DNA from: an uncultured Candidatus Saccharibacteria bacterium
GTDB taxonomy: Bacteria > Patescibacteriota > Saccharimonadia > Saccharimonadales > Saccharimonadaceae
Direction: 5' to 3'
Assembly (NCBI GenBank): GCA_964443595.1
Contig: CAYUDH010000001.1
Coordinates: forward strand, 1-63,682
Length of the DNA stretch: 63,682 bases
The notes under the pieces: generated by a model
Seen by the model: only the letters and a program-made list of their open reading frames with translations
Databases searched by the model: none
Told to the model about the DNA's origin: nothing
Shown here: positions 26,444 through 35,785 of the stretch, piece by piece
Layout: every line of letters starts with the position of its first letter
How positions within the stretch are numbered: the first letter of the stretch is position 1
Program-made: the position numbers and the translations under genes

Positions 26444-27687
26444 TAAATCTCATCGGCCCCATTTAGATATGGTTTTAGTACTTCGGGGACTTTGAGCTTG
26501 CCGTCTTTCTGAGCATAGTTTTCGATAACGGCGACCATGGTGCGGGCTAGAGAAATGGCGGTGCCGTTCAAAGTATGGACGACCTCGAGTGTGCCATCTT
26601 CGCGTTTGACACGGATATTGAGGCTGCGAGCTTGGAAGTCAGTACAGTTGGAGCAGCTAGTAAGCTCGCGGTATTTTTGATCGACCGGCGACCAGTATTC
26701 GATGTCATATTTTTTGGCAGCGGGCGCACCGAGATCGCCGGCAGCGATATTAATGACGCGATAAGGAATGCCGAGCTCTTGCCAAATTTCTTCCTCGATG
26801 GCACGGATTTTTTCGTGCATGTCTTTGGACTGCTCGGGCAGGCAGAAAACGTACATTTCGAGCTTGTTAAACTGATGCACGCGGAAAAGCCCACGAGTAT
26901 GCTTGCCGTAGGCGCCGGCTTCCTTGCGGAAACAAGCACTGTAGCCAGCGAAGCAGATAGGGAGGTCTTTTTCGTCCAAGATTTCGTCCATGTAGTAACC
27001 GGTGAGTGGCATTTCGGCGGTAGCGATCATGGCGAGGTCTTCGCCTTCAATATAATATTCATCACTTTGCTCGCTGCTGCGAGGGTTAAAACCGCAGCCT
27101 TCGAGGACTTTGCTGGAAACCATGTCGGGTACAGTCATGAAGTTAAAGCTATGCTCGGTGACTTTTTTCAGGCCGAATTGTAGCAAAGCATTCTCGAGCA
27201 GGGCGAGGCCGTTTTTGAGATAATAAAACTTGGCACCGGCGACTTTGGCACCGCGCTCGAAATCTACCCAATCGCGGCTGAGGGCATAATCTAGATGGTC
27301 GACGCCATCGGTCTTTTGACCGCCCCATGACTTAATCTCAACGCTGCATTCTTCCCCGCCAAGTGGCACATCATCAAAAATAATGTTTGGAACTTGCTTG
27401 AGCAGATCTTTTAGTTTCTTTTCAATTTCATCTAACTGTGGTTCCTCAGCGGCTAGCTCAGACTTAATACGTTTAGCTTCGGCGAGGACTTCTGGCGCGG
27501 GTTTGCCTTTGCCCATTTTGCTAGAAACTTCATTACGCTGACGGCGTAATTCGTCAACTTTTTGCAAAAGTGAGCGACGTTCGTCGTCTAATTTCAAGAG
27601 TTCAGGGATATCAACACGATAGCCTTTTTCTTGAGCTGATTTGGTAACTAATTCTTGATTTTTCCGAATGAAATTGATATCTAACAT
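26443..27687 (-). CDS. serS: Serine--tRNA ligase
   Basis: MLDINFIR, TAEMPL, FRKEAG, RVHQFNKLE, ELTSCSNCTDFQAR, HTLNGT. Confidence 0.97.
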   Translation of the reverse strand: MLDINFIRKNQELVTKSAQEKGYRVDIPELLKLDDERRSLLQKVDELRRQRNEVSSKMGKGKPAPEVLAEAKRIKSELAAEEPQLDEIEKKLKDLLKQVPNIIFDDVPLGGEECSVEIKSWGGQKTDGVDHLDYALSRDWVDFERGAKVAGAKFYYLKNGLALLENALLQFGLKKVTEHSFNFMTVPDMVSSKVLEGCGFNPRSSEQSDEYYIEGEDLAMIATAEMPLTGYYMDEILDEKDLPICFAGYSACFRKEAGAYGKHTRGLFRVHQFNKLEMYVFCLPEQSKDMHEKIRAIEEEIWQELGIPYRVINIAAGDLGAPAAKKYDIEYWSPVDQKYRELTSCSNCTDFQARSLNIRVKREDGTLEVVHTLNGTAISLARTMVAVIENYAQKDGKLKVPEVLKPYLNGADEI

Positions 27688-27757
27688 GATACTATTTTAC
27701 CATATTTTGATGAGGTTAGTCGAAAACAATATTTTACTTTTGGCAGATACGGATGGG

Positions 27758-29719
27758 CTACCAACCGCCCCCGCCACCACCTCCGCCGCCCCCGCCGGAG
27801 AATCCACCTCCACCAAAGCCGGAGCTGCTGGAGCTGGAACCGCTGGAAGTGGAATGAGAGATAGTACTAGACATAGAAGTGCTGGCGGCCATCATAGCGG
27901 TGCTGAAATCGTGTGCAGAGAAAGCGCCGACGCCGACATACCATGATGGGCTAGCGACATCATCAAATTCATAGTATCGGCTAAGTTCTTTGAGCCAGCT
28001 TTCTTCGAGTTTGAAGATGAGGGCGTAGGGTAATAACTTTTCGTATAACTTCACGACACCTTCGTGTGAAGTATCGGCACCTTTGACGCTTTGCAGCATC
28101 TTGAGGCGATCGGCTTCGGCCATTTCCATGTACAGCTTGAGACCTTCGAGATATTTGGAAGCATCGAGGCCTTTCTCGGTATGGGTAAAGTAGGTGCTGG
28201 TCTTGACGCCGATAATCATGGCGGCGATGCAGATACTAATCAATAAGATAAAATAGACTACCGTTAGGGTTCCTTCGCCGAGAATGGTAACGTATGATGG
28301 AACGTCGGTAAAGATGAAAGCTGCCGCAAACATACCAGCGATGAACCAGACAGCGCCGCAAGCGGTGAGAATGCTAGACCAGTTGGTGGGGTGCTTGCCA
28401 TTAGTAGTTTTAGTTCCTAAGTCAACAGCGAGGCCTTTTTTGACGAGGTTATTTTGGACGGATTCGGCGAATTTTTTGACTAAGCTAACCATGGTGGTAG
28501 TGGCACTGTGGGACTTTACAATGATTTCTTGGCCGACTTCGAGCGGCGCGCTTTTGCCAGCGAGGATTTTTAGTACAGTGGCTTGTTGCACATTCATGGT
28601 GCCAGTCTTGACGCGGATGATCCATTGAGTTTTCTTTTTGCCAAATGCGCCATTTTTCTCGGTTTTGATGATTTCGATTTTGTGATTAACTGCCATGTCG
28701 ATGAGAGTGGCGACTTTGCTATCGCCTTTGCTGCCTTTGCCAATGTAGTTATCGGCCATTTCGGCAACGGTAATGTCGGCGAGTGGCGTGTATTCGGGCT
28801 TGGTGAAGAGATTTTTGTAGTAGCGACGTTTTTCGGCAGTAGCGGAGTAACATTTGATCATTAAGAAAACCATACCGGCACTAAGTACGGCGGCGATGAT
28901 AGTGGCGATAACTAAGCGATAGTCAAAGTGCTCGGGCGCTGGGGCAAAAGTTTTGGGCTGGAAGCCGATGACAAAAGTGAGATTCTCGTGGGCGCGGAGG
29001 TTTTGGGCGCTAAATTCGATACCGCCGGAGCTTTTGAGGCCATCACCTAAATCAACTTCGTCGGTAAACTGCGTGATGGTGCAGCGATCTTCGCCGCGTT
29101 CGCCGTATGCTCCGACGTAGCAAGCAAGTTGGCCGTCGAGCTGGTCGGCGATGGATTCGTCGAGATAAACGCGAGCGGTAACTTGCCCGAAGTGTTGCGA
29201 CCAATCATTACCATTAGTATCCCAGTATAATTCTTGGTAAGCTTTGGCGCCTTGCTCAAAATTATCAAAATCGAGAATAACATTCTCAAATTCATAAGTT
29301 AGAGTATAATTTTGCTCGCCAGTGACATATTTATCAGCATCGCCGATATAAACTTCAAAGTAACCATCACCAGTTTCGACTTTGCTAACTGGTTCTGCTT
29401 GACCGTTACGCTCGACATTGATATGGAGAGTGTTGTCGGACTGCATGGTTAAGTTTTTGCCACCATTATTAGTGAACGGAATGACGCGAGTAATGCCGTG
29501 ATTCTGACTATACTCCGGGAAGACGGCAGTAAGTTGCTCAACTACGCGCATACGGCTAATGCCGTCATCATCACGCCATAAATAATAGGCAGCAGAAAAA
29601 TCTTTGAAATAAAAGTTATTAAGTGAGCTAGTAACGGCGTGTGCTGATGAAATTGGTGATAGACTAGCAATGATAGTAATACTAAGTGCCGCAACGAAGG
29701 CGGAGATTTTCTTAAACAT
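27758..29719 (-). CDS. DUF2207-family membrane protein
   Basis: Signal peptide, ELYWD..GNDW, ATLIDMA, LLPYA, C-terminal S/G-rich GGGFSGGGGGGGGGGGW. Confidence 0.88.
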   Translation of the reverse strand: MFKKISAFVAALSITIIASLSPISSAHAVTSSLNNFYFKDFSAAYYLWRDDDGISRMRVVEQLTAVFPEYSQNHGITRVIPFTNNGGKNLTMQSDNTLHINVERNGQAEPVSKVETGDGYFEVYIGDADKYVTGEQNYTLTYEFENVILDFDNFEQGAKAYQELYWDTNGNDWSQHFGQVTARVYLDESIADQLDGQLACYVGAYGERGEDRCTITQFTDEVDLGDGLKSSGGIEFSAQNLRAHENLTFVIGFQPKTFAPAPEHFDYRLVIATIIAAVLSAGMVFLMIKCYSATAEKRRYYKNLFTKPEYTPLADITVAEMADNYIGKGSKGDSKVATLIDMAVNHKIEIIKTEKNGAFGKKKTQWIIRVKTGTMNVQQATVLKILAGKSAPLEVGQEIIVKSHSATTTMVSLVKKFAESVQNNLVKKGLAVDLGTKTTNGKHPTNWSSILTACGAVWFIAGMFAAAFIFTDVPSYVTILGEGTLTVVYFILLISICIAAMIIGVKTSTYFTHTEKGLDASKYLEGLKLYMEMAEADRLKMLQSVKGADTSHEGVVKLYEKLLPYALIFKLEESWLKELSRYYEFDDVASPSWYVGVGAFSAHDFSTAMMAASTSMSSTISHSTSSGSSSSSSGFGGGGFSGGGGGGGGGGGW

Positions 29720-30626
29720 CTTGAATTTCCTTTAGAGTTTGGCGTAAGCTGTTGATGGACTTTTGGAATTTGAGGCTCTCGGACTCGGACATGGGCGTTT
29801 CGAGGCGACGAATAATTCCTTCGCGGCCAACGATGGCGGGAAAACCGTTGTAAACCCCAGTATTATCATCGAGTGAAGAAACGGATAAGACGTGACGTTC
29901 GTCATTGAGAATACAGTTAATAATTTGCACGACGCAGGTGGCGATGCCGTAGTGTGTGGCACCTTTTTTCTCGATGATAGTATAGGCTTTGTCGCGGACG
30001 AACTTTTCGATATTATCGCGTTCGTGCGCGGGCAAAAGTTGTTCGAGTTTTTCGCCGCCGATATTAGCGTCTGACCATAAGGTAAGTTCACTATCGCCGT
30101 GCTCGCCAACTTGATAAGCGTGAATAGATTTAGGGTTGACATTTAGCTTCTCAGCTAATTTGAGCCGCAGACGCGCCGAATCGAGGACGGTGCCACTGCC
30201 GATAACTTTTTCGGCGGGGAGGTGAGAATAATTCCAAGTCAGAAAGCTGAGTGTGTCGACGGGGTTAGAAACCACTAAGAAAATTCCATCAAATCCAGAA
30301 GCCATCACCGGCCCAACGATGCTTTGAAGGATTTTGGCGTTTTTCTGAACGAGATCGGTGCGAGTCTCGCCAGGCTTTTGATTGGCGCCAGCGGTGATAA
30401 CACAAATGTCGCAATCCCTGGCATCGTCATAACTACCGGTGCGAATTTTGACAAAACTAGGTGCGACGGCCAGAGCATCGCAGAGATCCATAACTTCGCC
30501 TTCGGCATCGGCAGTGTCAATGTCGGTTAAGATTATTTCTTTGACGGGCGTGCGTTGGTTGAGAATGGCGAATGCAATACTGGCGCCAACGTTGCCCGTG
30601 CCCACGATCATTATTTTTCCACTCAT
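29712..30626 (-). CDS. ldh: L-lactate dehydrogenase
   Basis: GTGNVG, TAGANQKPGETRTDL, SNPVD, GSGTVLDSARL, GEHGDSE. Confidence 0.92.
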   Translation of the reverse strand: MSGKIMIVGTGNVGASIAFAILNQRTPVKEIILTDIDTADAEGEVMDLCDALAVAPSFVKIRTGSYDDARDCDICVITAGANQKPGETRTDLVQKNAKILQSIVGPVMASGFDGIFLVVSNPVDTLSFLTWNYSHLPAEKVIGSGTVLDSARLRLKLAEKLNVNPKSIHAYQVGEHGDSELTLWSDANIGGEKLEQLLPAHERDNIEKFVRDKAYTIIEKKGATHYGIATCVVQIINCILNDERHVLSVSSLDDNTGVYNGFPAIVGREGIIRRLETPMSESESLKFQKSINSLRQTLKEIQDV

Positions 30627-30673
30627 ATTAACTTAATTGTAGCATAAATTGTTAAACTTGTTATAATGAAAAT

Positions 30674-31282
30674 ATGGCAAAGTTATATTTTAGATATGGA
30701 GCAATGGATTGCGGCAAGACGATTCATCTTTTGGCCGTAGCACATAATTATGAAGAGCGCGGGCAGAAAGTCTGTGTGATTAAGCCAGCGACCGACACAA
30801 AGAATGGCACGAAGTTACTATCGCGTATTGGTATAGAGCGCGAAACTGAGTTTACTTTTGATAAAAAGCAGAATGTTTATGGCTTGATTAAACAAAGCTA
30901 TGAAGATGTGAGTTGTGTGCTGATTGATGAAGCGCAGTTTTTGACGCCGAAGCAAGTCGATCAGTTAATGCAAGTGGTGATAGAATTAGATATTCCGGTA
31001 ATTTGTTATGGTTTGAGATTAAATTTTCGCCAAGAAGATAAAGGTTTCGAAGGAGCGACGCGGTTACTGCAGGTTGCGCATGATATTGAAGAAATTAAAA
31101 CGATTTGTGAATGTGGCAAGAAAGCGACTTATAATGCACGTTTCCTCGATGGTAAGCTAGTGACGGATGGGCCGGATATTCTGATAGATGACGGGACGAT
31201 TGATATTCAATACCGCGCGGTGTGCCCAAGCTGTTATCATAAATATGCGATGTTGGCAAAGAAATCTAATCCGCAAAAATAA
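30674..31282 (+). CDS. tdk: Thymidine kinase
   Basis: YFRYGAMDCGKT, IDEAQFL, CYGLR, Zn-binding CECG and CPSC. Confidence 0.95.
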   Translation: MAKLYFRYGAMDCGKTIHLLAVAHNYEERGQKVCVIKPATDTKNGTKLLSRIGIERETEFTFDKKQNVYGLIKQSYEDVSCVLIDEAQFLTPKQVDQLMQVVIELDIPVICYGLRLNFRQEDKGFEGATRLLQVAHDIEEIKTICECGKKATYNARFLDGKLVTDGPDILIDDGTIDIQYRAVCPSCYHKYAMLAKKSNPQK

Positions 31283-31610
31283 CTTCGACAAACAGCTCAT
31301 GTAGTTCATCATCAGTGAGCTTGTCGATGAGTATGCTACTGTTCTGCTGGTCGAGGACGTGTTTTTGCAAAGCGTTGATAGTGCGGAAATAGTCGGCGTC
31401 GCCAAGAATCTCGCCAGTGCTGGATTGATAGACAATTTTCCAATCCTGGATAATATCAGTATTAAGCTCAAAATCTTCGCCGGGACTAAGTGACAGAATA
31501 GTATAGGTATCGGACTTGAGTGTGAAAGCGCCAACCGTATGCATAGCTTCGTCGGCAAAACCGACTGGCTCCACTACGATTGCTTCACGCCAGATATCGG
31601 GAAGCTGCAT
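31266..31610 (-). CDS. Hypothetical protein
   Basis: 114-aa ORF starting 3 nt after the lysS stop on the same strand. Confidence 0.55.
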   Translation of the reverse strand: MQLPDIWREAIVVEPVGFADEAMHTVGAFTLKSDTYTILSLSPGEDFELNTDIIQDWKIVYQSSTGEILGDADYFRTINALQKHVLDQQNSSILIDKLTDDELHELFVEVIFAD

Positions 31611-31613
31611 GGG

Positions 31614-33071
31614 CTATTCGCTGCGAGCCTTAATGATTGGGAATGGCACCGCTTCGCGGCCGCTGACGCCCTCGAGCAACCAGAAGTTGCGCTCGCTATT
31701 ACCCCAGCCGCAAGCTGGTGGCATACCGTATTCCAGCATTTCGACAAAATCCATGTCGAGCATTTGCGCTTCGTCGTCGCCACTATCACGCATGGCTTGT
31801 TGCTCCTGGAAACGTTCTAGCTGGTCAAGCGGGTCGTTGAGCTCGCTATAGCCATTACCCATCTCGGTGCCGGCAATCACTGGGTGGAAACGCTGAGTAA
31901 CCAAAGGATTATCTTCTACGACTTTGGCGAGCGGACTTAAGCTAAGTGGCTCCTCGATTAGCCAGTACGGGCCGGCGGAGGTTCTGCGAATTAACTTCCA
32001 GAGGTTATCAAGTAAACGGGCATCGCTAACTTTCGGATCGACTTCGACTTTGTTTTCTTTGAGAATGTTAATGACTTTTTCGCGGTCAACGTTAAAAACG
32101 TCAACATCGTACTTTTCTTTGAGTAAGTCAGCGTATTTGATGCGCGGCCATTCGCAATCCAGATCAACTTCAAAACCACCAACGTTAAACTTCAGTGTGC
32201 CCCAAGTCTGCAGAGCAACATATTTAATCATACCTTCGTACAGTTTCATGCCGTCTTCGTAATTTTCGTAGGCGGCGTAAGATTCCATGGCAATATGCTC
32301 AGGTAGATGCTCATCATCGACACCTTCGTTGCGGAAGCGTGGACCGATATCAAAAACTTTTTCAAAACCGCCGCCGAGCAACCGCTTGAGTGGGAGCTCT
32401 TGGGAAATGCGCAAGTAGTAATCCGTGTCCAAGGCATCCATATGGGTAACAAAAGGATTAGCATCAGCGCCGCCGGTAGTGAGCTCTAGAATAGGCGTAT
32501 TAATCTCGATGAAACCATGGTCGACGAGATATTGGCGAGTGGCTTGCCAGAATTTAGAACGGCGCACCAAGCGCTCGCGCACTTCGGGATTGACGTTCAT
32601 ATCGACGTAGCGACGACGGTAGCGCTCTTCTTTATTCGTGAAGCCGTCGAAACCAGGCAAAGGGCGCAGAGATTTAGTAAGTAAGCGGACGCTATCGGCG
32701 AAAACCGAAATCTCGCCAGTACTAGATTTGCCAACCTTCCCTGCCGCCTCGATGAAGTCCCCAGTATCGAGCAGCTTGAGCTGCTTCACGCCGAATTCAC
32801 CTTCGGGCACGTTGTCAGCTTTTTGCATGAAAATCTGAATCTCGCCAAAGTAATCACGAATCTTGACGAAGGCAAGCTTACCAAAAGAGCGAATAGCAAC
32901 GATACGACCAGCGACGCAAACGGTCTGGCCGTCTTTTTCATCAAAGTGATTAAGAATATCGGAAATTTTGGTATTGCGGCGTGACTTGGCCGGGTAAGGG
33001 TTGATACCCTGCGCCCGAATCTCGGCTAGTTTCTTTAATCTTTCATCTCGATAATCACTTAGTGTCGTCAT
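31614..33071 (-). CDS. lysS: Lysine--tRNA ligase (class II)
   Basis: OB fold, RYRRRYVD, GGADANPF, FRNEG, NGYSELNDP, LEYGMPP. Confidence 0.97.
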   Translation of the reverse strand: MTTLSDYRDERLKKLAEIRAQGINPYPAKSRRNTKISDILNHFDEKDGQTVCVAGRIVAIRSFGKLAFVKIRDYFGEIQIFMQKADNVPEGEFGVKQLKLLDTGDFIEAAGKVGKSSTGEISVFADSVRLLTKSLRPLPGFDGFTNKEERYRRRYVDMNVNPEVRERLVRRSKFWQATRQYLVDHGFIEINTPILELTTGGADANPFVTHMDALDTDYYLRISQELPLKRLLGGGFEKVFDIGPRFRNEGVDDEHLPEHIAMESYAAYENYEDGMKLYEGMIKYVALQTWGTLKFNVGGFEVDLDCEWPRIKYADLLKEKYDVDVFNVDREKVINILKENKVEVDPKVSDARLLDNLWKLIRRTSAGPYWLIEEPLSLSPLAKVVEDNPLVTQRFHPVIAGTEMGNGYSELNDPLDQLERFQEQQAMRDSGDDEAQMLDMDFVEMLEYGMPPACGWGNSERNFWLLEGVSGREAVPFPIIKARSE

Positions 33072-33239
33072 AATATCTTATATTATAACATAAAATGGTG
33101 AATCTGAGGGATTTTCTGCGAGTTTGGAAAATACTGTGATATACTGAGGGGGTGGGGATGAAGAGCGAAAGCTAGCAGAAAGTTTACAGATCGATATTAA
33201 AGGTCGACAAACTTAATTGAAAGTGTGGGATAATTAAGT

Positions 33240-33326
33240 ATGGATAAAGCAAAACTTACTCTAGAGCTTCGAAAAGAAGATCAAGAGATAAAAATTGTTC
33301 TTAGCCGTAAGACTAAGAACAATTAA
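33240..33326 (+). CDS. Possible 28-aa small ORF or gene remnant
   Basis: MDKAKLTLELRKEDQEIKIVLSRKTKNN; GATAAT 5 nt upstream; ends inside a perfect 12-bp hairpin. Confidence 0.3.
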   Translation: MDKAKLTLELRKEDQEIKIVLSRKTKNN

Positions 33327-33396
33327 ACTTAACTATGCTCTTATTCTATCACTTTTAATAAAATGAGGCAAGCTTTTCGCTCTTTTTTGATGCGGC

Positions 33397-34776
33397 TTAC
33401 ATAGCTACCGCAGTTAAAGTGACTTGAGTAGAATATTGGCCACTGGGTAAGCTAGAATCTACAGCAATGGCTACTGGGAAGGTGAGATCTTCTGAAGCGG
33501 CGCTATCAGAAGTGTAGAATAGAGCTTTTTCACCATTAATACCCACTGGGCTATATTTGGTGCTCTCATTTACTTCAGTATCAATAGGTGAAGATAGTTT
33601 CTTAATACCCCAGCTATTAGCGCCTTTTGCTATTGGTTGCTCTGATGGAATCATGGGGATGGTTTTATCAGTATCAGGATTAGTTAAGTTAGATTTATCA
33701 GTACTTAGCATTACTTTATATGGTTGATTAGAACCGACTCTAGCTATAATGGTACTAGTAGCTACTTTGGTGAAATCTACGGTCATATCATTAGCATCTT
33801 TGGTGACATCTATACTAATCACTGGGCTAACCGTAATTGCAACGTTGGCTGTATCATTATCAGTAATGGGCTCTCCTGGATAAACGTCTGCTGCGACACA
33901 GCGGACAGAGTTGCCGCTACTGCGAGCACCGCTGCTGGACGGGTAGACGTCACTCCTAACGGAGAGCATGACGTAAGCGAGGCTGGCATTTGATGTATTC
34001 GGCACAGAGGACCAATAGTACCCGCTGGTATTGACGCCGCTTAGCCGGCTATTGCTGACAGTTCCGCCACGCTGGAGGTACAATGGCTCATTAGTAATAG
34101 TATAGCTTTTACCATCTTTTCCTGTACCGCTCGTGCTACTTTGCAGACCATATTCAGTCAGTAGATAAACGAACGACTTACTGCCGGTATTACTTCCACT
34201 GGTTGGTAGTTGCCAATTGGGCGGGCAAACGCCTTGAACTCCATCACCAGAACTACCTTGTGTCGCCGCAGACCAGTTGTAATAATTGCCCTGCGATGCG
34301 TGAGCTGCATCTTCACCACCTTCCGTATGTTTACCTATAGCGAAGTATTTATCAGTAGGGCTATTCGTCCAACTAGTGTCACCAGTACACGTAGCATCGT
34401 TTTGTGCATTGCCAGTTTCGGTACCGCTTAACTTACATGGCGTCCCGATGCTAGTATCACTAACAGTACCGTAGGCCAAGTTCTGTGTCATCCAGCAGTT
34501 ACCATCTTGAAGCTTGGCAACATAATACTTTTTACCATCCCGAGTATCTTCTAACTGATATTGAGTGCCTATTTCTGTCGTGTTTTCGCAAATTTTGGCA
34601 TTCATATCTTGCATAGCTGTAATATCTTTTAGCTTGCGAGTTTCCCAGTCATATGCTGCGTAGACCGGTGTAGACGCCAACGTTAAATATGGGAATAAAA
34701 ACATACCACCAGTAGCTATGGCGCTAGATATTAATGGTATTCTAAATTTGTTGAGTTTGTTGTTCTGTGTTGGCAT
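33397..34776 (-). CDS. FISUMP domain surface protein 3, type B (signal, lectin-like domain, C-terminal beta-rich domain)
   Basis: Start reassigned to MPTQN (AACCAAAAGGAG RBS); DTRDGKKYYVAKLQDGNCWMTQNL, GYYWSS, GNSVRCVA, then a domain ending GQYSTQVTLTAVAM. Confidence 0.88.
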   Translation of the reverse strand: MPTQNNKLNKFRIPLISSAIATGGMFLFPYLTLASTPVYAAYDWETRKLKDITAMQDMNAKICENTTEIGTQYQLEDTRDGKKYYVAKLQDGNCWMTQNLAYGTVSDTSIGTPCKLSGTETGNAQNDATCTGDTSWTNSPTDKYFAIGKHTEGGEDAAHASQGNYYNWSAATQGSSGDGVQGVCPPNWQLPTSGSNTGSKSFVYLLTEYGLQSSTSGTGKDGKSYTITNEPLYLQRGGTVSNSRLSGVNTSGYYWSSVPNTSNASLAYVMLSVRSDVYPSSSGARSSGNSVRCVAADVYPGEPITDNDTANVAITVSPVISIDVTKDANDMTVDFTKVATSTIIARVGSNQPYKVMLSTDKSNLTNPDTDKTIPMIPSEQPIAKGANSWGIKKLSSPIDTEVNESTKYSPVGINGEKALFYTSDSAASEDLTFPVAIAVDSSLPSGQYSTQVTLTAVAM

Positions 34777-34826
34777 GTAGCCCTCCTTTTGGTTAGTTTT
34801 TCCCTCGGTAGGGTTTCTGCATATAC

Positions 34827-34951
34827 AAAAGCGACACCCTGCGGAGGAAACACACTGCCCCACACAGAAACGAAGGGGCAGACTCCAACAAAGGTGTCGC
34901 ATCTTGTCTCTGTGTAGATTTTTTGTTGCAACCATATGGTTGCAGTGTTTC
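34827..34951 (-). ncRNA. Structured 5' leader L4 (same topology, divergent sequence)
   Basis: Stems GAAACACTGC / GCAGTGTGTTTC and CTACACAGAGAC / GTTTCTGTGTGG; loop GCGACACCTT pairs with downstream AGGGTGTCGCTTTT; TGCTATAAT at 34959-34967. Confidence 0.6.
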
Positions 34952-34985
34952 ACTTATAATTATAGCATAGATTTTGCATTGCAAG

Positions 34986-35068
34986 AAAAATACGCCGGCA
35001 CTTCCAGCGTAATTTCGGACTAAACTTAGATTACTCGATGTTTTTAATCTTAGCTTTTGTTGTTAAAC
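34986..35068 (-). repeat. Diverged duplicate of the greA 3' end plus terminator
   Basis: Encodes KAKIKNIE-stop versus greA KVKIKSIE-stop, followed by a matching TACGC...GCGTA hairpin as at 35263-35294. Confidence 0.7.
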
Positions 35069-35094
35069 ATATTGTATGCATATTTCTATATACC

Positions 35095-35226
35095 AAAATG
35101 GCACCGCGAGGGGTCGTACTAAAACCTATAACCAACACGACCGGTTGCCCAAATCATGTGGTCCTCGTGATGCCAATATCGTACACGATAAAGGCAAACA
35201 GTCGGATTAGTTATAGGTTTTAGTAC
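35095..35226 (-). ncRNA. Structured RNA L3 (orphan copy of the FISUMP leader)
   Basis: Perfect 17-bp stem GTACTAAAACCTATAAC / GTTATAGGTTTTAGTAC; loop TGGCATCACGAGG pairs with CCTCGCGGTGCCATTTT; TGATACAAT promoter at 35235-35243. Confidence 0.68.
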
Positions 35227-35262
35227 TTATCTTCATTGTATCATACTTTTTATTCTTTGTGT

Positions 35263-35294
35263 AAAAAATACGCCAGAACTGCCAGCGTATTTTC
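35263..35294 (-). terminator. greA intrinsic terminator
   Basis: Minus strand AAAATACGC...GCGTATTTTTT. Confidence 0.7.
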
Positions 35295-35313
35295 TAATCA
35301 GACTTAAATTAAG

Positions 35314-35757
35314 TTATTCGATGCTTTTGATTTTGACTTTTTTGCCGTTGAAGGTAAACTCTTCATCAACTTTGCGGCCAAGGAGTTCTTTGCCGATGGG
35401 GGATTCGTGAGAAATCTTGCCTTCGAGCGGATTAGCTTCGACCGGACCGACTACGGTATAAGTGAAAGGTTTGCCGCTCATGGTGATGTTCACGGTGGAG
35501 CCGATATTAACTTTATCACTGCGGCGAGGTTTGATGAGAACGGCATTTTTCAGAGTGTCTTGAATCTCGAGAATGCGATTCTCGACGGTTTTTTGCTCGG
35601 CGCGAGCATCGGTGTATTCCTGATTCTCGGAGAGATCACCAAAGGCGCGTGCAGTGGCAATGCGCTCAGCAATGGCAGGGCGCTGCGCGATTAATTCTTC
35701 TAATTCTTTTTCTAATTCAGCTTTACCAGCTTTTGTAAGGTTAACTACTTTTTTCAT
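35314..35757 (-). CDS. greA: Transcription elongation factor GreA
   Basis: ARAFGDLSENQEY, ISHESPIGKELLG. Confidence 0.96.
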   Translation of the reverse strand: MKKVVNLTKAGKAELEKELEELIAQRPAIAERIATARAFGDLSENQEYTDARAEQKTVENRILEIQDTLKNAVLIKPRRSDKVNIGSTVNITMSGKPFTYTVVGPVEANPLEGKISHESPIGKELLGRKVDEEFTFNGKKVKIKSIE

Positions 35758-35785
35758 AACTCCTCACAGTTTATTATATAATCAT

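Noticed and set aside
26575-27183. Long antisense ORFs over serS, rpsB (41243-41812) and other core genes
   Set aside because: Shadow frames of conserved genes with no independent motifs
27758-27900. GC-rich low-complexity repeat
   Set aside because: It is the normal Ser/Gly-rich C-terminus of DUF2207 proteins
35116-35226. Invertible promoter (phase-variation switch) suggested by the perfect 17-bp inverted repeat
   Set aside because: The -10 box lies outside the repeat, the repeats differ in sequence between copies and contain bulges and G-U pairs, and no invertase is nearby; an RNA structure fits better, although read mapping is needed to exclude inversion
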